DNA of 48,465 nucleotides from Cyprideis torosa (Eukaryota): NCBI GenBank assembly GCA_905338395.1, contig CAJPEW010001021.1, positions 1 to 48,465 of the forward strand, read 5' to 3'. Shown piece by piece: positions 9,247 to 21,436 of this stretch (position 1 is its first letter; each line of letters starts with the position of its first letter). The notes under the pieces were generated by a model. It saw only the letters and a program-made list of their open reading frames with translations, ran no database searches and was not told where the DNA came from. The position numbers and the translations under genes were made by a program.

Positions 9247-9396
9247 GGAAAAGCTCATCAACCAGGGGACCGTTGGATGATTCGGGGTCCGGCCGAATAC
9301 GTCCCTCCAGTGGAAGTTGAAGTTCTGGTGGAGCGAGAAGCGATTCCGCTGGATCAAAATGAAGGAGTGTATGTTCGAGACATCAAGACGGGCAAG
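9247..9396 (+). CDS. MVP: major vault protein exon 9
   Basis: ...[44 protein letters not shown] aligns to MVP. Confidence 0.9.
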
Positions 9397-9481
9397 GTAA
9401 TTCATGGTCTCATGGTCCATATCACAGAAACCTCTTGACGGTCTGGATAACCTTCGATAATTTTGGATCCATCGTCTGCAG

Positions 9482-9619
9482 GTTCGAGCAGTGATTGGAG
9501 AGACTTATTTGCTCAACCAAGATGAGGAGCTGTGGGAGAAGCCGCTGCCCGAGAAAGTCGAATCTATTCTAGCTCAGGACAAAGATGTTCTTGCTGATCG
9601 TGGCCAATGGTTTAGGAAG
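9482..9619 (+). CDS. MVP: major vault protein exon 10
   Basis: [20 protein letters not shown]...LADRGQ aligns to MVP [20 protein letters not shown]...LADRGE. Confidence 0.9.
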
Positions 9620-9719
9620 GTAAATGTAAAAGCAGCACTACTGTTGTGTTGTGAGAATCGTTGCCCAGTTGCCAGAAATATTCTGAATCACGAGCCTTCG
9701 TCTTCTTTCACTTTCACAG

Positions 9720-9841
9720 CAAAATCGTGGAGACCGAGAATGTGACGATGAAACCAAAAGAGACAAAACACGCGTGGTGACATTTCGAATTTCGCATAAC
9801 ACTGCTTGTCAAGTGTACGACTACAAGGAGAAAAAAGCACG
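9720..9841 (+). CDS. MVP: major vault protein exon 11
   Basis: ...[26 protein letters not shown] aligns to MVP [26 protein letters not shown]. Confidence 0.85.
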
Positions 9842-9919
9842 GTGAGTACAAGATCCCTTCTAACCCAATTCTTCAAAAGCCTGCTTCAAACTCATGAAAA
9901 CTTATTCCGATCTTATCAG

Positions 9920-10117
9920 TGTGATCTTCGGCCCCGACTTGGTTCTTCTGGGACCAGATGAAATGTTCACTCAACTGTCGCTGTCTGCTGGGAAACCAAA
10001 GCGTCCAAACCAAATTAGAGCTCTGGGATTGCTCTTAGGTCCGGATTTCATGTCTGATATCATCACCGTAGAAACCAGTGATCACGCTAGACTTTCTTTA
10101 CAATTGTCCTACAACTG
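9920..10117 (+). CDS. MVP: major vault protein exon 12
   Basis: [29 protein letters not shown]...LLLGPDF...[12 protein letters not shown] aligns to MVP almost residue for residue. Confidence 0.92.
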
Positions 10118-10204
10118 GTGAGAGGTTTGAGTTCATTTGATCAACAAAAAATAAATCCAGTTTTACAACTTCAATCCAAACCAACACTCCATGATGCATT
10201 CCAG

Positions 10205-10358
10205 GCATTTCGACATTTCTGAGATTGGCACATCTGCCGACAAGCATCCTCCAACAGCTGTCTTCTCAGTTCCTGACTTTGTGGGCGACACTTGCAAAGC
10301 CCTGGCTTCTCGAATCCGAGGAGCTGTGGCTGGAGTCCCTTTCGACGACTTCCATAAG
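10205..10358 (+). CDS. MVP: major vault protein exon 13
   Basis: ...[32 protein letters not shown] aligns to MVP [32 protein letters not shown]. Confidence 0.92.
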
Positions 10359-10441
10359 GTTGGAAATTAATCCACAAGAAAGGATGTAATGGATACTTAT
10401 GGCTGGAAAAACGAAGAAAATCTTAATTCTTTCCTCCACAG

Positions 10442-10653
10442 CATTCCGCACTGATTATCAACAAAGCCGTCTTTGGAGTCGACGAAAAGGGCGAAATCCG
10501 GAATCGCTTCGTTCTGCAGCAGAATCGGCTTTCTGTAACCAGTGTCGACATCCAAAGTGTTGAGCCTGTGGATCAAAGAACTCGGGATTCGTTACAGAAA
10601 AGCGTCCAATTGGCTATTGAAATAACAACCAATTCACAAGAAGCTGCTGCTCG
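10442..10653 (+). CDS. MVP: major vault protein exon 14
   Basis: ...[38 protein letters not shown] aligns to [41 protein letters not shown]. Confidence 0.92.
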
Positions 10654-11291
10654 GTAAGACAGGCACAGCGCAGGTTGAGTATTGGTACTTACGCTCTCAA
10701 GTTCCTTACCAAACTGGCGACTAATGTTACTGGACTCTGGACAGGTTTCAGAAAGCATGTAAAGTCAGAATCGAACGCAGTGGATTACGTATAAAATGCA
10801 GCCTAAATCAGCTCTCAAAATCTACCACCTTATTGGTTTCGCTTTTCCTATAGTATAGTATTATTATAGTAGTATAGTATTTATAGAATAGCATTCTATT
10901 CGTATGGTGCGGTGCTAGTTTGCCACGTTGTTGGAGACACAGCAACACAAGTCTGTTGGACCTAAAATAATTTTTTTTTTCGTTTGATTTCAGTTTTGTG
11001 TGGAGGAGGTTTTAGGCATGTCCTCACCGATGTTTTTCTTCACCACCTTCTGACTAGACTAGCATAATTCAAATTGTTTGATTTTTGCCATCGATAAATT
11101 TTTGCACGGTGAAATTTCCCACTAGTATTATACTGAAGATTTTTTTTTTTTCGTGGGAATTATTCTCATTTTCATACACACAACAGTTACCCACCCTTTG
11201 ACAGTCAGCCTTAGATAGCGCTTTCAAAGTATATACTTATTTGATCATTCAATCTCTTGTTCCTGGTTTCTTCGTTTCGTTTCTGCTACAG

Positions 11292-11400
11292 GCATGAGGC
11301 AGAACGTGTGGAGCAAGAGGCCAAAGGGAAGCTCGAAAGGCAGCGGATTATGGACGAAGCCCAGGCAGAAAAGACTCGAAAGGATTTACTGGAATTACAA
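11292..11400 (+). CDS. MVP: major vault protein exon 15 (coiled-coil cap)
   Basis: [36 protein letters not shown] aligns to MVP [36 protein letters not shown]. Confidence 0.9.
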
Positions 11401-11634
11401 GTAAGTGCGTAATCGTTGTTAGGAAATGAAAAAGGGCCAGCAGGCTAGTTAGTGCGAGGGGTAAACAAACGGAAAAGAGAGGGTGTCCTAATGTGTTGGA
11501 ACTAGGACTGTAACTTGTTATTACTACCGGCCTGGCTAAGCCGTAGTAAATAACTATGGATCAATCAATTGAAATCTTCCACCTGCTGGTACAACCAGGA
11601 GCTTCTCTATTGAAGCATATTTCGTCAACAACAG

Positions 11635-11769
11635 GCAGAGTCCGCGGCTGTGGAATCCTGCGGTCAGGCAACTGCAGAAGCCAAGAGTCGTTCCGAAGCT
11701 GCGAAGATCGAAGGGGAAATGGCAGTGCAGCAAGCAAAGCTCAAGGCAGAAGCTATGCGAATTGAAGCG
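11635..11769 (+). CDS. MVP: major vault protein exon 16
   Basis: ...AEAKSRSEAAKIEGEMAVQQAKLKAEAMRIEA aligns to MVP [34 protein letters not shown]. Confidence 0.9.
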
Positions 11770-11859
11770 GTAAGAAAGCAGTTAGTTAATCAGCGTTTTT
11801 GGTGAGATGATGCAGTCATTGAAGCAAATTATAGCTTATATATGGCATATCGTTTCCAG

Positions 11860-12048
11860 GAAGCGGAGCTGGATCGATTGAGTCAAGCGAGAAGGGCGGA
11901 GTTGGAATACAAGAAGTCGTTGAACGAACTGGAGATCACGAAAGAGAAAGAAGTGGCAGACATCGAAAAGCAGAAATTCAATGCCATGGTTGAAGCCATT
12001 GGTCAAGAAACACTGCAGAAGATGGCTACTGCAGGACCGGATCATCAG
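11860..12048 (+). CDS. MVP: major vault protein exon 17
   Basis: EAELDRL...[24 protein letters not shown] aligns to MVP ...[24 protein letters not shown]. Confidence 0.9.
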
Positions 12049-12197
12049 GTAAGAAATCCTTGAAACTGCTCCGCAGAAGAGACACAAAAAAGATTATGTT
12101 TGTAAAGAAATCGCTCAAGAGTTTCCTGGATTTAGACGTTTTAACTGCCGGGAACTGGCAAGAGATAATGTTCTGCTACTGCGTGTGGTTCTTTCAG

Positions 12198-12365
12198 GTC
12201 CGCCTCCTGCAATCCTTGGGACTTCAATCCACATTGATCACGGATGGACGAACGCCGATTAATCTCCTGAACACTGCGCAAGGACTTCTTGGAGGAGGAT
12301 TCCTGAAGGACACTCCTGGCCCTTCTTCAAAGAAATCTCGAATGGTCGAAGATACTCCGGAATAA
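12198..12365 (+). CDS. MVP: major vault protein terminal exon
   Basis: [32 protein letters not shown] aligns to MVP [32 protein letters not shown]; TAA stop at 12363-12365; the 18 exons sum to 2646 nt = 881 aa. Confidence 0.92.
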   Translation, partial: VRLLQSLGLQSTLITDGRTPINLLNTAQGLLGGGFLKDTPGPSSKKSRMVEDTPE

Positions 12366-14099
12366 GTACTAGACCTGAGAAATGAACCCGCGGCCCTCAG
12401 GAGTCAGCTGAAGCTGTTCGGAGCGTTCTACTTCGAATAATACTACTTGCTTGCTCGATCTCTCCTATCAGTACTACACCTACCTGTATTATTCACGATG
12501 CTATCAGTGGGAAACATCTCCATGTTTGTTTGATGATGTCGCCCATCCATGTTCAACAGCTCTGCCGTGTCGCATTGTCCGCTTTCCAATTGTAATACAC
12601 TTCTGTTATCCATCCCGAGTTTGCCCTATATCTCTACGTGGAAACGAAACGTTATACAATTGAACAAAAAATTGAACGAACATGAAAATGAGTTGGCTGA
12701 TGCATGAGAACAGCACTCTCGTAGCACAGCGAATGTGTATCTCGTAGCACTGGGAATGTGTATCTCGTAAGTAACACATCGAATAGATACCTCGGCAGTC
12801 AGTTATCTATCGCTAGGTATTCGTTAGCCATAGACAGCAGGCACAAGTCGTCAGAATTTCAACCACGACGATCAACTCTGGTTCCTGTTCGGATGCCGAA
12901 AGTTGGTGTAAAATTTGGTATGATTATTCCCCATACTTTTCCCAGATTTTTGGGTAATGCCTAGAAACTCTAGTTTTGCCCGGTTGAAATCCCCTAAACT
13001 TCGTCAAGGGAAAAACCGAGCTAAATCGAACCTATACGACACACCTGAATAAGATGTTTCATTGATTAAATTTGGTCACAGGGCGATTTTCACTGGTACT
13101 TTTCCTAATTCTAAATAGATACTTTTTATAGGGAAATGGTCAGAGGCTCCACTCTGGCGAGCCACAAGGGGTGATTGAGCAGCGCATTGAAGGGCCCTGG
13201 AGCTTCAAGGGAGTTGTCGTAAAAACGGTATTAGTCGATTGCGTGGGTCAGCTTAGAGATATTCGAGAGCTGGTAAGGATTGTGTATAAAGTAGCTGGAA
13301 AACGAATCATCCGATTCGTCGTCTCAGGTCTCACTAGAACTAGCTGAGCTGAAAATGTGTTTGGAGATGAGAAAACAAGCGAAAGTTTGCTTCGTTTTGA
13401 GGGTAGTGTCAAACTCATCCGATCCGTGATTGATCTGCAAATATCAGCGTATCAAAGGTCACTATCTGGGGACTATCGGATAGTGTGGTCACCCTGTTGG
13501 GGCGACAGCAGCTTTTAACGAAGGACTGCGACTTCAGATGCGTTTTCGCTTTATTCACAATTTACAGTAACTTGTTCAACGCCAACACTCACGTTAGCGG
13601 ATAGGCAAGGCACGGCATGCAGAGTTTTCTTCGAATCTTCAGTTTGCATACGCCACAGGCCGGAAATACGAAAGGAATGGAATTGTTTCGAAAAAATTGT
13701 TGTATATACCGTCCGGCACCCCCCCTGGCTACGGCTATGATGTTAGCAAATTTTGATGCGATGATTTCAATGCTCATGGCCGTAAAAGGGGTCAGTTATT
13801 TCAGTATTACGCTACACAAATCCTGCTTTCTAGCACTCACTTTTCGCATTTAGCATTTTCGCTAATTCAACCTTTCTTTACTATCGGTTACAAGGTCTAC
13901 AAGTATGTTCTGAAAGAACGTAATATTCGTTGCATCAAATACATCCTCACACACAACGAATGTGTGTCTTTTGCGAAAACGCATTATCTGCAGTCGTTCT
14001 TCGTTAACCAGGTCATCCACTGCTGTCTTCTTGTTTTCATGATGTTTTTCATTTCGCTCCAAATCACGCTTTACTTTTTGTCCATTTAATCAAGCGGCG

Positions 14100-14260
14100 T
14101 TCCTCTCGATGGTGCTTGGCGAAGTTACAATACATTGAACCCTTAAGGAAGTTCCTTGTGGACCTCCCTCAAGGAACTTCCTTGACTTCAAGGGAGGTTG
14201 CTTAAAAACGATCATCTCCCTTAAGGAAGGTAATCTCCCTTAAGGAAGGTTGCATAAAAA
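14100..14260. repeat. palindrome-rich direct repeats (ccttaaggaag / aaggaagttcctt)
   Basis: Repeated cccttaaggaagg units plus the self-complementary aaggaacttcctt. Confidence 0.7.
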
Positions 14261-16574
14261 CGCTATTACTCAAATTACCTGCTATAATTTACTGTATGCC
14301 ACTATTTTCAGCCGTCATTGAGATATTCGCATCATTTACCTTTCATGAATTTACATTTACCCTATCGTATCGTGGTGACACTGATATGCAAAATTGTATA
14401 GATCTCGCTCGATGCTGCGCTTGTAGTGTGGTATCAGATTTGAGCTAGTGTGCACGGTTTTCGAGATATTCTCATCCTTTGATTCGGCTTTTTCTCAGTT
14501 ATAATCAGCCGTTAACGGTTGGTCGCACAGAAGTCATTTCGAAAGAGCACAACTAAAGTTTAAGGCAGATCTGGCAAAAATAAAAACGAAAATCGGTGAA
14601 TAAATAAAGTCTGTATGGCGCGGACTGACAGACAGGAGACAAATGGACAGACGCACGGAGATTCTCAATCTAGCAAAGCAGCATAAACAACTTTCAGGCC
14701 TTGTAGTTTGCCACTGCATTTAAGCTGTGATTCCAAGATGATCATCAAGATGTCAACAGTCGTTCTGCGATTATTTAGTAATACTTGTTTTTATGTGTTC
14801 TCAATTATCAGAAGTTAGTAGTAGAAGGAGTAAGTGATGCTTACTTTTTTCCTATTCTCAATGCGAACGTGATTGGTGATTCATACTGTTTTTCTAAATA
14901 CGGTCCAAGGGAAGGAGTTAGGGGTTTCATGTAAGACAACAGGAGTCGGAGTCGGTCAGTTTTCTATCAACGACTTCGACTTCACACCCTTGCTTTGTCC
15001 GAGAGTTTCTGTCTCCCGAATTTTACATCTAATGTGCGCCTGCAACGTCTTCACACTACAGAAGAACACCAAAACAGCCACAGTGCACACTAATTCGTTA
15101 GTTTTTTTTTTTTTTAGTCGACAAACCCCCTGTACCAAACTTGTCGAGGAGGCTTTTATAAAATCTTTACATCTCAACTGCCTTTGTAATTCAGAATTCA
15201 TTAACGCAATAATAAGTGGCACGGAGAGTGATTGGGGGTTGTAAGTCTAATCTCGCAACGGCAACGCATGGGAGCAGTGAATCCTTACGTTACTCCCCTA
15301 CTCGCTGAAAGATTTCAAGAAAGCCACTCGTATCTGTCTGCAATATTGGATGGCTATCAGAGGATGGCAACTCTAACCATCAGAATTATCTTCAAGGAAA
15401 ACAAATTTCCAAGTGGATGAAAGAGAAGTACAATCAAATCCACATGCAAGAAAAGAACTGTGATAACGGCTGACTTTTCGAGGAATTCTCCGCAATGTGA
15501 AAGTCGGTCAACCTTTCTTTGGCCCTATCATTCCATGTATAAGCTAGGGTTGCTTCCTTTTGATTCTTCGTCTCATTGACTCTTTGTAAGCCGATTTCCA
15601 GTAGGGAAGAAGTTTCTGAGGACATTAGCGACTCCGATATTAGCTCTACAGAAGCGCACCCAAACTCGTCAGGTTGGTAGCTGTCGGATCTGTAGAACAC
15701 AAGCGAAAACGTGACCTTCGGTTCCAAGGTTGGGGCGAGTCATGTCAAGGTCTCTTGAGTGCAGACAGGCACAGTGTGTCGTAGATCTTAGTCTAACGTC
15801 TAACGATCTTACTATGGTAGATGAGACCAGGGCATTCCGGGAAGGCCCTGGAAAACGCCCTGTTAATGCCCTGGTCTCACTACGACATATACAGGTCGAG
15901 TGGCACCTTCCATAATGCGATCTCACAGCACACGGAGAAAAATTCACCAGACTTGAAAATAAGACAGGATGGGTGAGAGACATCTCTAGTGCACAAGCGG
16001 CATTCAGAAGTTCAGTGTTGACTGTACGAGCGCTATCAAAGCGTGCGTGCGGCACTCAACGACGACTCGCGTTTCGACAAATGCTGTGTGCATTACAGCA
16101 AGATAAAATGAGACGAATACCAAGAGAGCAAATCCACGGGCTGAAATTCGATTTCCCAATCATTGTAGAAAAATCACGGAAGACTTAACAACTTCCCTCC
16201 TCCGACGTCGCTGTTTGATGATTATAGGTTATTACTATATAGAACCTTTGACAATAATGAGGTATGATCAATCGAAGAAACTTCAGCGATCTTGAATACA
16301 ATGCTACATTGTAGAATGTTGTAGAAGGCTAACTTTCATATTAGCCCTTTTGCTGCCTAGACAGCAAACAACGGTTGATGGCAATTTGAACATAAATGTC
16401 CGTCGAAATCGGTTTTCCTGCTCAGTCAGCAGCGGTATGTGTAACACGAAATCAGTGTCTTCTATGAATTTCATTCAAGCAGTTCATTATTTCTTTAGTC
16501 AAATTAATTTTCATTTGACAAGTAAGGGGATATGGACATCAACTTTACGTTATCTTAAACAACAACTGATTCTG

Positions 16575-16790
16575 AAGGTTTGATCTCTATAATCTGTATT
16601 TGATTCTGAAGGTTTGATCTCTATCTGATTCTGAAGATGTTTGATCTCTATCTGATTCTGAATATGCCTTGATCGTATCTGATTCTGAAGATGTCTTCAT
16701 CTGTATCTGATTCTTAAGATGTCTTGATCTCTATCTGACTCTTAAGATGTTTGATCTCTACCTGATTCTGTAGATGTTTGATCTCTAATG
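16575..16790. repeat. ~27-bp minisatellite x ~8 (ctgattctgaagatgtttgatctctat)
   Basis: Visible tandem periodicity with point variants. Confidence 0.9.
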
Positions 16791-18579
16791 AATCTTCGAT
16801 TTCTCGGTAAAACAAATGTGAAGAAAAAGAATATGAAAACAACAATATATGTCACCAAACCAATTTCACAGCGAGGGGGTGACAACGTCGAGTAGTCAGT
16901 GAGTGGTAAAGGAATAGAAGTGGTGTAGTATATAGCCCAGTCGTGTGTTCTGATAACGCTAACTCACAGCTTCATGTGGGTGTCCAAGGACAAAGCGGCG
17001 TCATTCACCCCGGTGCCGGTCGAGGTCGACCCTTTTTCCTGGAAGGAAGCGCGAGTAGGCCATGACACTTTCCTAAGTTCGGCGAAGAAGACGGCGTCGA
17101 ATGGGTGGCAGGGAGCAGCAAGGGAAGACGGGATAAGAGGGAGAACGTGAACATCCTCCTCCAATTCGTCTCACAGAAGTTCAAATTCAAGAAGTAATCC
17201 CTGGGTATAAACAATCTTTGTTTCGTTTCCATAAGGTGTGTTATTGCCGTGTGATCGATTCTCTTGGTTGTAGGGCAAGTGGTACCTGAGTTGGTGAACT
17301 TTTTTGAAAGCGATAAGGTTGAAGGCCACATCGCGGCTTGAGAGAACGAGAAATGTCCGTCTGTCAACGAGGAGGGAGTTGAACTAAATTAGTCTATTTC
17401 TTGCAGCTGTCTCTGTGAACGAGAAGTGATCGTAACGTCACTCAAGAAATTATCATCTTATATATTCCTGGAAGTCAGCAGATTTCAAGGTTGGTGTCGT
17501 CAAATTAATTAGGTGCTGCTGTATAATTAACTAACACAAATTAGGTTAACTACAGCAGTAGGGTAGGCAGCGGAGTATACCTCTTGCCAGTACAGCCTAC
17601 CTCCGGGCGACCTCGAGGGCAACAATGATCAAGGTAATAGTTGATCAAGTACAGGTCAAGGAGTACTTCAGCAAGTACAGTAGGGATGCGGAGTCGAACC
17701 AAACATTTTTCCATTCCGATTCCTGCTTTTCAGATTTTTCGGCTCCGGCTCTGGCTTTCACATATAAAATGAGAAGTTGAATACCTGCCTAGTGTCGTGA
17801 AGTTATATTATCTTATTATAGTTAATTCTCTTATTAATTAATTATCTTATTTTGGGATAAGATATGTTGGACCAACTTGGCTACTTATACCACAAGGAAG
17901 CTTTTTTCGACTACTGTGAGCAGCTTAAGGTCATATGGTCCTGACCAAGGTCAAATTTCTCCCCGTAGTAGCTTTTTCTATTTATCGTCTCACTCCAATG
18001 AACATTTTTCGTTCGACTCGCTTCAGTCTGTGGAGCATTTCGACCGAAATTGTAAACAGAGAACCAAAGAGTCGCAGTATCAAAATAAGTGCTGAAATTG
18101 GTATATAAAAAATATCCTTCGGGCATTTGTCGAAGTCATAATAAATTTCAAGGTGATGTGAGGTTAGAATATAGAATCTTCAATTGCTGATCATCATTTT
18201 TTTTTTCAATCGATACCATTTGAATCAAAGTTTGATAAACTTGAGTATAATTGCCATGATTCTATGAGTAAAAGGTTAAAAACGTGAAACTTTCTTGAAC
18301 ATTTGCTGAGACTCAGAGAAATTACTTCAGACTCGAACTCGAAGCAATTGCTCACGGTTAATTACTTAATGTTAATTAATTAATTTCAAGGCGTGTGGTT
18401 CATTAAAGACAAGTGACATTAGCATCTGTCCAAATTTTTTCTTCCAACGTGACGGAAAATTCCAAGGTCAAAGGTGTGTCCTACACAAAGTGTCACCAAA
18501 GCAGTGTACCATTCAACCAGATATCCTATGTGTAACATTCAAAATTTCCGCTGTTGAATGATGAGCAGAGACCCCGGTA

Positions 18580-18597
18580 GGGGGGGGGGGGGGGGGG
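18580..18597. repeat. 18-nt poly-G homopolymer
   Basis: Direct observation; it interrupts the RT-like ORF. Confidence 0.95.
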
Positions 18598-18812
18598 ATT
18601 CTAATATCTTCGAGAAGACATAGGATAGATATGGGTCTGTAATTTGTTGGTTGATCTTTGGGGCCAGCTTTATGAATCGGTAGTATGCGGGCAATCTTCA
18701 TTGCCGTAGGAACCTCTCCCGTTGAGAAGCTTAGATTAATTATGAATTTTATGAATTTATTGGAACCAGAATGCTTATGAAAGAGAGATTGTGGAAAAAT
18801 ATTTGAGCCCAT
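18598..18812 (-). mobile_element. non-LTR retrotransposon reverse transcriptase fragment (N-terminal RT motif), truncated
   Basis: Minus-strand ORF contains KIARILPIHKAGPKDQPTNYRPISILCLLEDI, a hallmark of LINE RT domain 0/1; it is interrupted by an 18-nt poly-G run. Confidence 0.6.
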
Positions 18813-19559
18813 GACCAGAAGCCGGCAGGCGACCCTATTCTTCTCTTCTGCCTACAAGTTCGGTGCGCCGCCACCGCGGGGTGGATTGGACTGCAGCGTC
18901 AATGCATCCTACCGGTAACGTGGCAATGGCAAAGCTACAGCCAGTTTGGCCGTACCGGGAGTGCTGAAAATTGGCACGAAGAAAAGTCTTGGCCTAAAAA
19001 GTTCTGGGAGTTTTGTTGGGGTTGATCCGGATACCGGAAGTACCGGAAATCACGCAAAAACCGGTCCGGTGTAGAGTAAAACTTTTAAACGGCTGGAATT
19101 TTAGGCTTGGTTTACAGAGTATGGTAGGGGTCAAATTTAATTCTAAGACGATGGACCGTCTACAAATTTTTGCCTAGGATGGCTGCTTATGGCCTTTTTG
19201 GCCAACACTTCCGGGAGGCCAACGGCCCTGATGGCCGATAGCGCCAAAACGTTAAGAGATACAAAAAAATGTCCGAAATAAAAAAGTTGTCCCTTGGCGA
19301 GCTCGTGTGAGTGTTGAAGACCGCATGTCAAAATCTGCAACCGTTTAGGCCTGAGGAGCGGCCGAATTTTCTTTTTTTAACAGAGAAGCTGCAGTCCTGG
19401 CTCTGATTGATCCAGGCTACATGATGAAAATTTGTGATGTTCGTTTTCCCAACCGCAGTGCAGAGTCAGCGCGCTTGTTTTGCCTTATTTCTAGTGCCGT
19501 TCCCGTGACCGGCAGAGGCTTCTACGCCTCAAGGGGGTCTACCCCGGCCAGGTCAAGTG

Positions 19560-19930
19560 CTATAGCTTTAGTATAAAAAGTTATAAAAAATGCGGGGGAA
19601 AGGAGGGTGGAGGGCTGGGTTTAGAAAAGTATAGTTTTTTTTTTTTTTTTGTGCGTTGCACAGAATCAACTTTGCCGTAAGCGCGGCTATTGAACAACGT
19701 TCTTCCAAACTGACTTCGAGAACGTGCTCTTTGTCGTATCGAAAATGACGGTGACGGAGGTAAACAGAAAACTAGCCGGAGGTTCACCAGACTTAGTGGA
19801 AATTGCAAAAAAAAATCATAATAATAAATGAGGTACACCCTGAACGGGTAAATAAACAAAAAAAAAAAACAGAAAAATCAGAAAAAAAAGCGAAAAAAAA
19901 ATATATCTAGTAAACGGGCCACTTGTTTTT
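19560..19930 (+). repeat. A-rich / poly-A tract cluster; possible retroposon 3' tail region
   Basis: Multiple A8-A16 runs and a T17 run. Confidence 0.5.
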
Positions 19931-20332
19931 AAGTTCAAATTCACTTTAGGATTGCTATTTTTATTCTTACTTCAAAATTTACTCTGCTTGTGTGCCATAG
20001 AAAGATCGCTTCGCTCTCTTCATTATTACAAATGTTTGCTTTTGTACGTCGTTATATAGAAGCGACACACTCGAATTGGTCAAAAAGCTAGAAAACATTG
20101 AATCATAAAAACATGATAAATGTCATAAAATAGTAAAACACCAGCGAATTTGCATACTATTATCATATTTCAGACACTGGGATAATGGGACAGCAAATGT
20201 TGGCGAGATAAACTGAATAGTATATTCGAAAATTACAACAATAACAAGTATTCCTGTTTCGAATACCCAGCGTTTTATTTGATTAGTTCTCTTTTTTTTA
20301 GTGTCGCTCATCATTAGAAGATCGGAAACACC

Positions 20333-21279
20333 ATGGATAACACTTTTAAAGAATTAGCTGATACGTATGAGGCGGTCATCAAGGAACTCGGAAATGTCCG
20401 AAAACATGCTGAAGAAGTTCATGGAACGGCCCAAACAGCACGAGCCATCGGGACCGGAATAAACTTGACCAGTACTTTCATTGGTGTTGGAGGAATATTC
20501 TTAGCACCGTTCACTGGCGGCCTGTCACTTACCGTTACAGTCGGAACTCTCGGGGGAGTCGTTGTGGGAACTGCTACAAACATCATAACAGATCTTGCTG
20601 AACAGAGTAGCATGAAGGAGAGTGTCGAGAAAGTTGAAAAGGAAATGGAGAAAATCAAGGCCATCGTTGAAGAATTGAAAACTCACATGGAGGTTCTCGA
20701 GAAACAAATGCAGAAGTACATTGAGCAGGGACACAGCGCTGAAGCTGCGTTGGCTATGTCTTTGGGAACTGTGTTGAGTGCAGTTGGACCCAAAGCTGCT
20801 GGGATGTTCGCTCAGTATGCAGTAGACTCGTACTTGTTGTTCCATATCTCTCAAAGTACGGTAGATATTCTTTGTAAACTGGGTGTGAAATCAGATGCCT
20901 TATTGCAATTCGGGGAAAGATTGGCAAATATGTCCAAGGATGCGATTGCAGCTGGCGCATCAGGAATTATCAACGTTGCGGCGAAATCATTGGCAGTTGT
21001 TGGTGCGGTGTATCAGCTTTATCAAGTCTTCCAATTGGCTTCCCACTGGAACGATACTCCCCCGACGGTTGAAAGTATCAACAATTTGTTGGACAAACTC
21101 CGAGCTGAATTGGAACAAGTTCGTGCGCTCCTGGGTCAAATGGAAGCCTTCAAGCGAATGGCGTTGAAAGCCCATGCCTTGGCCATGATCATTGCTGTCA
21201 TGTGGAGGGCAAAAACGAAAAACAAGAATAAATCCAAAAAACAAGACAAAAAACCGCCTCCGTCACAGAAACCGAAGCC
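20333..21279 (+). CDS. ApoL-like (apolipoprotein L family) pore-forming domain protein, exon 1
   Basis: 316-codon ORF; HAEEVHGTAQTARAIGTGINLTSTFIGVGGIFLAPFTGGLSLTVTVGTLGG resembles the APOL hairpin VDKVHRDCTISNVVASSTGAVSGVLTILGLALAPVTAGGSLLLTVAG, followed by coiled-coil and a second amphipathic region; GTAAGT donor overlaps the in-frame stop. Confidence 0.75.
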
Positions 21280-21436
21280 GTAAGTTTTCCTTTTATCATT
21301 TCTTCATTCAAATTAGACGCTCTATACTTGTAATTGGGAGATCCGTATTCAGGAAAATGTTTTCTGTCTGCCTTGGATACGACGTTTTCCTTAGCCAACA
21401 ACTAGCGCGTACTGAAATTGACGATTATTCTTGCAG

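Noticed and set aside
21192-21436. N-terminal 80 codons of ORF 21192-22340 (MLSCGGQKRKTRINPKNK...) as an independent start
   Set aside because: This stretch is an alternate frame over the 3' end of the ApoL exon and the intron. The GTAAGT/cag splice joins the upstream ORF in phase to the conserved part, which is the simpler explanation.
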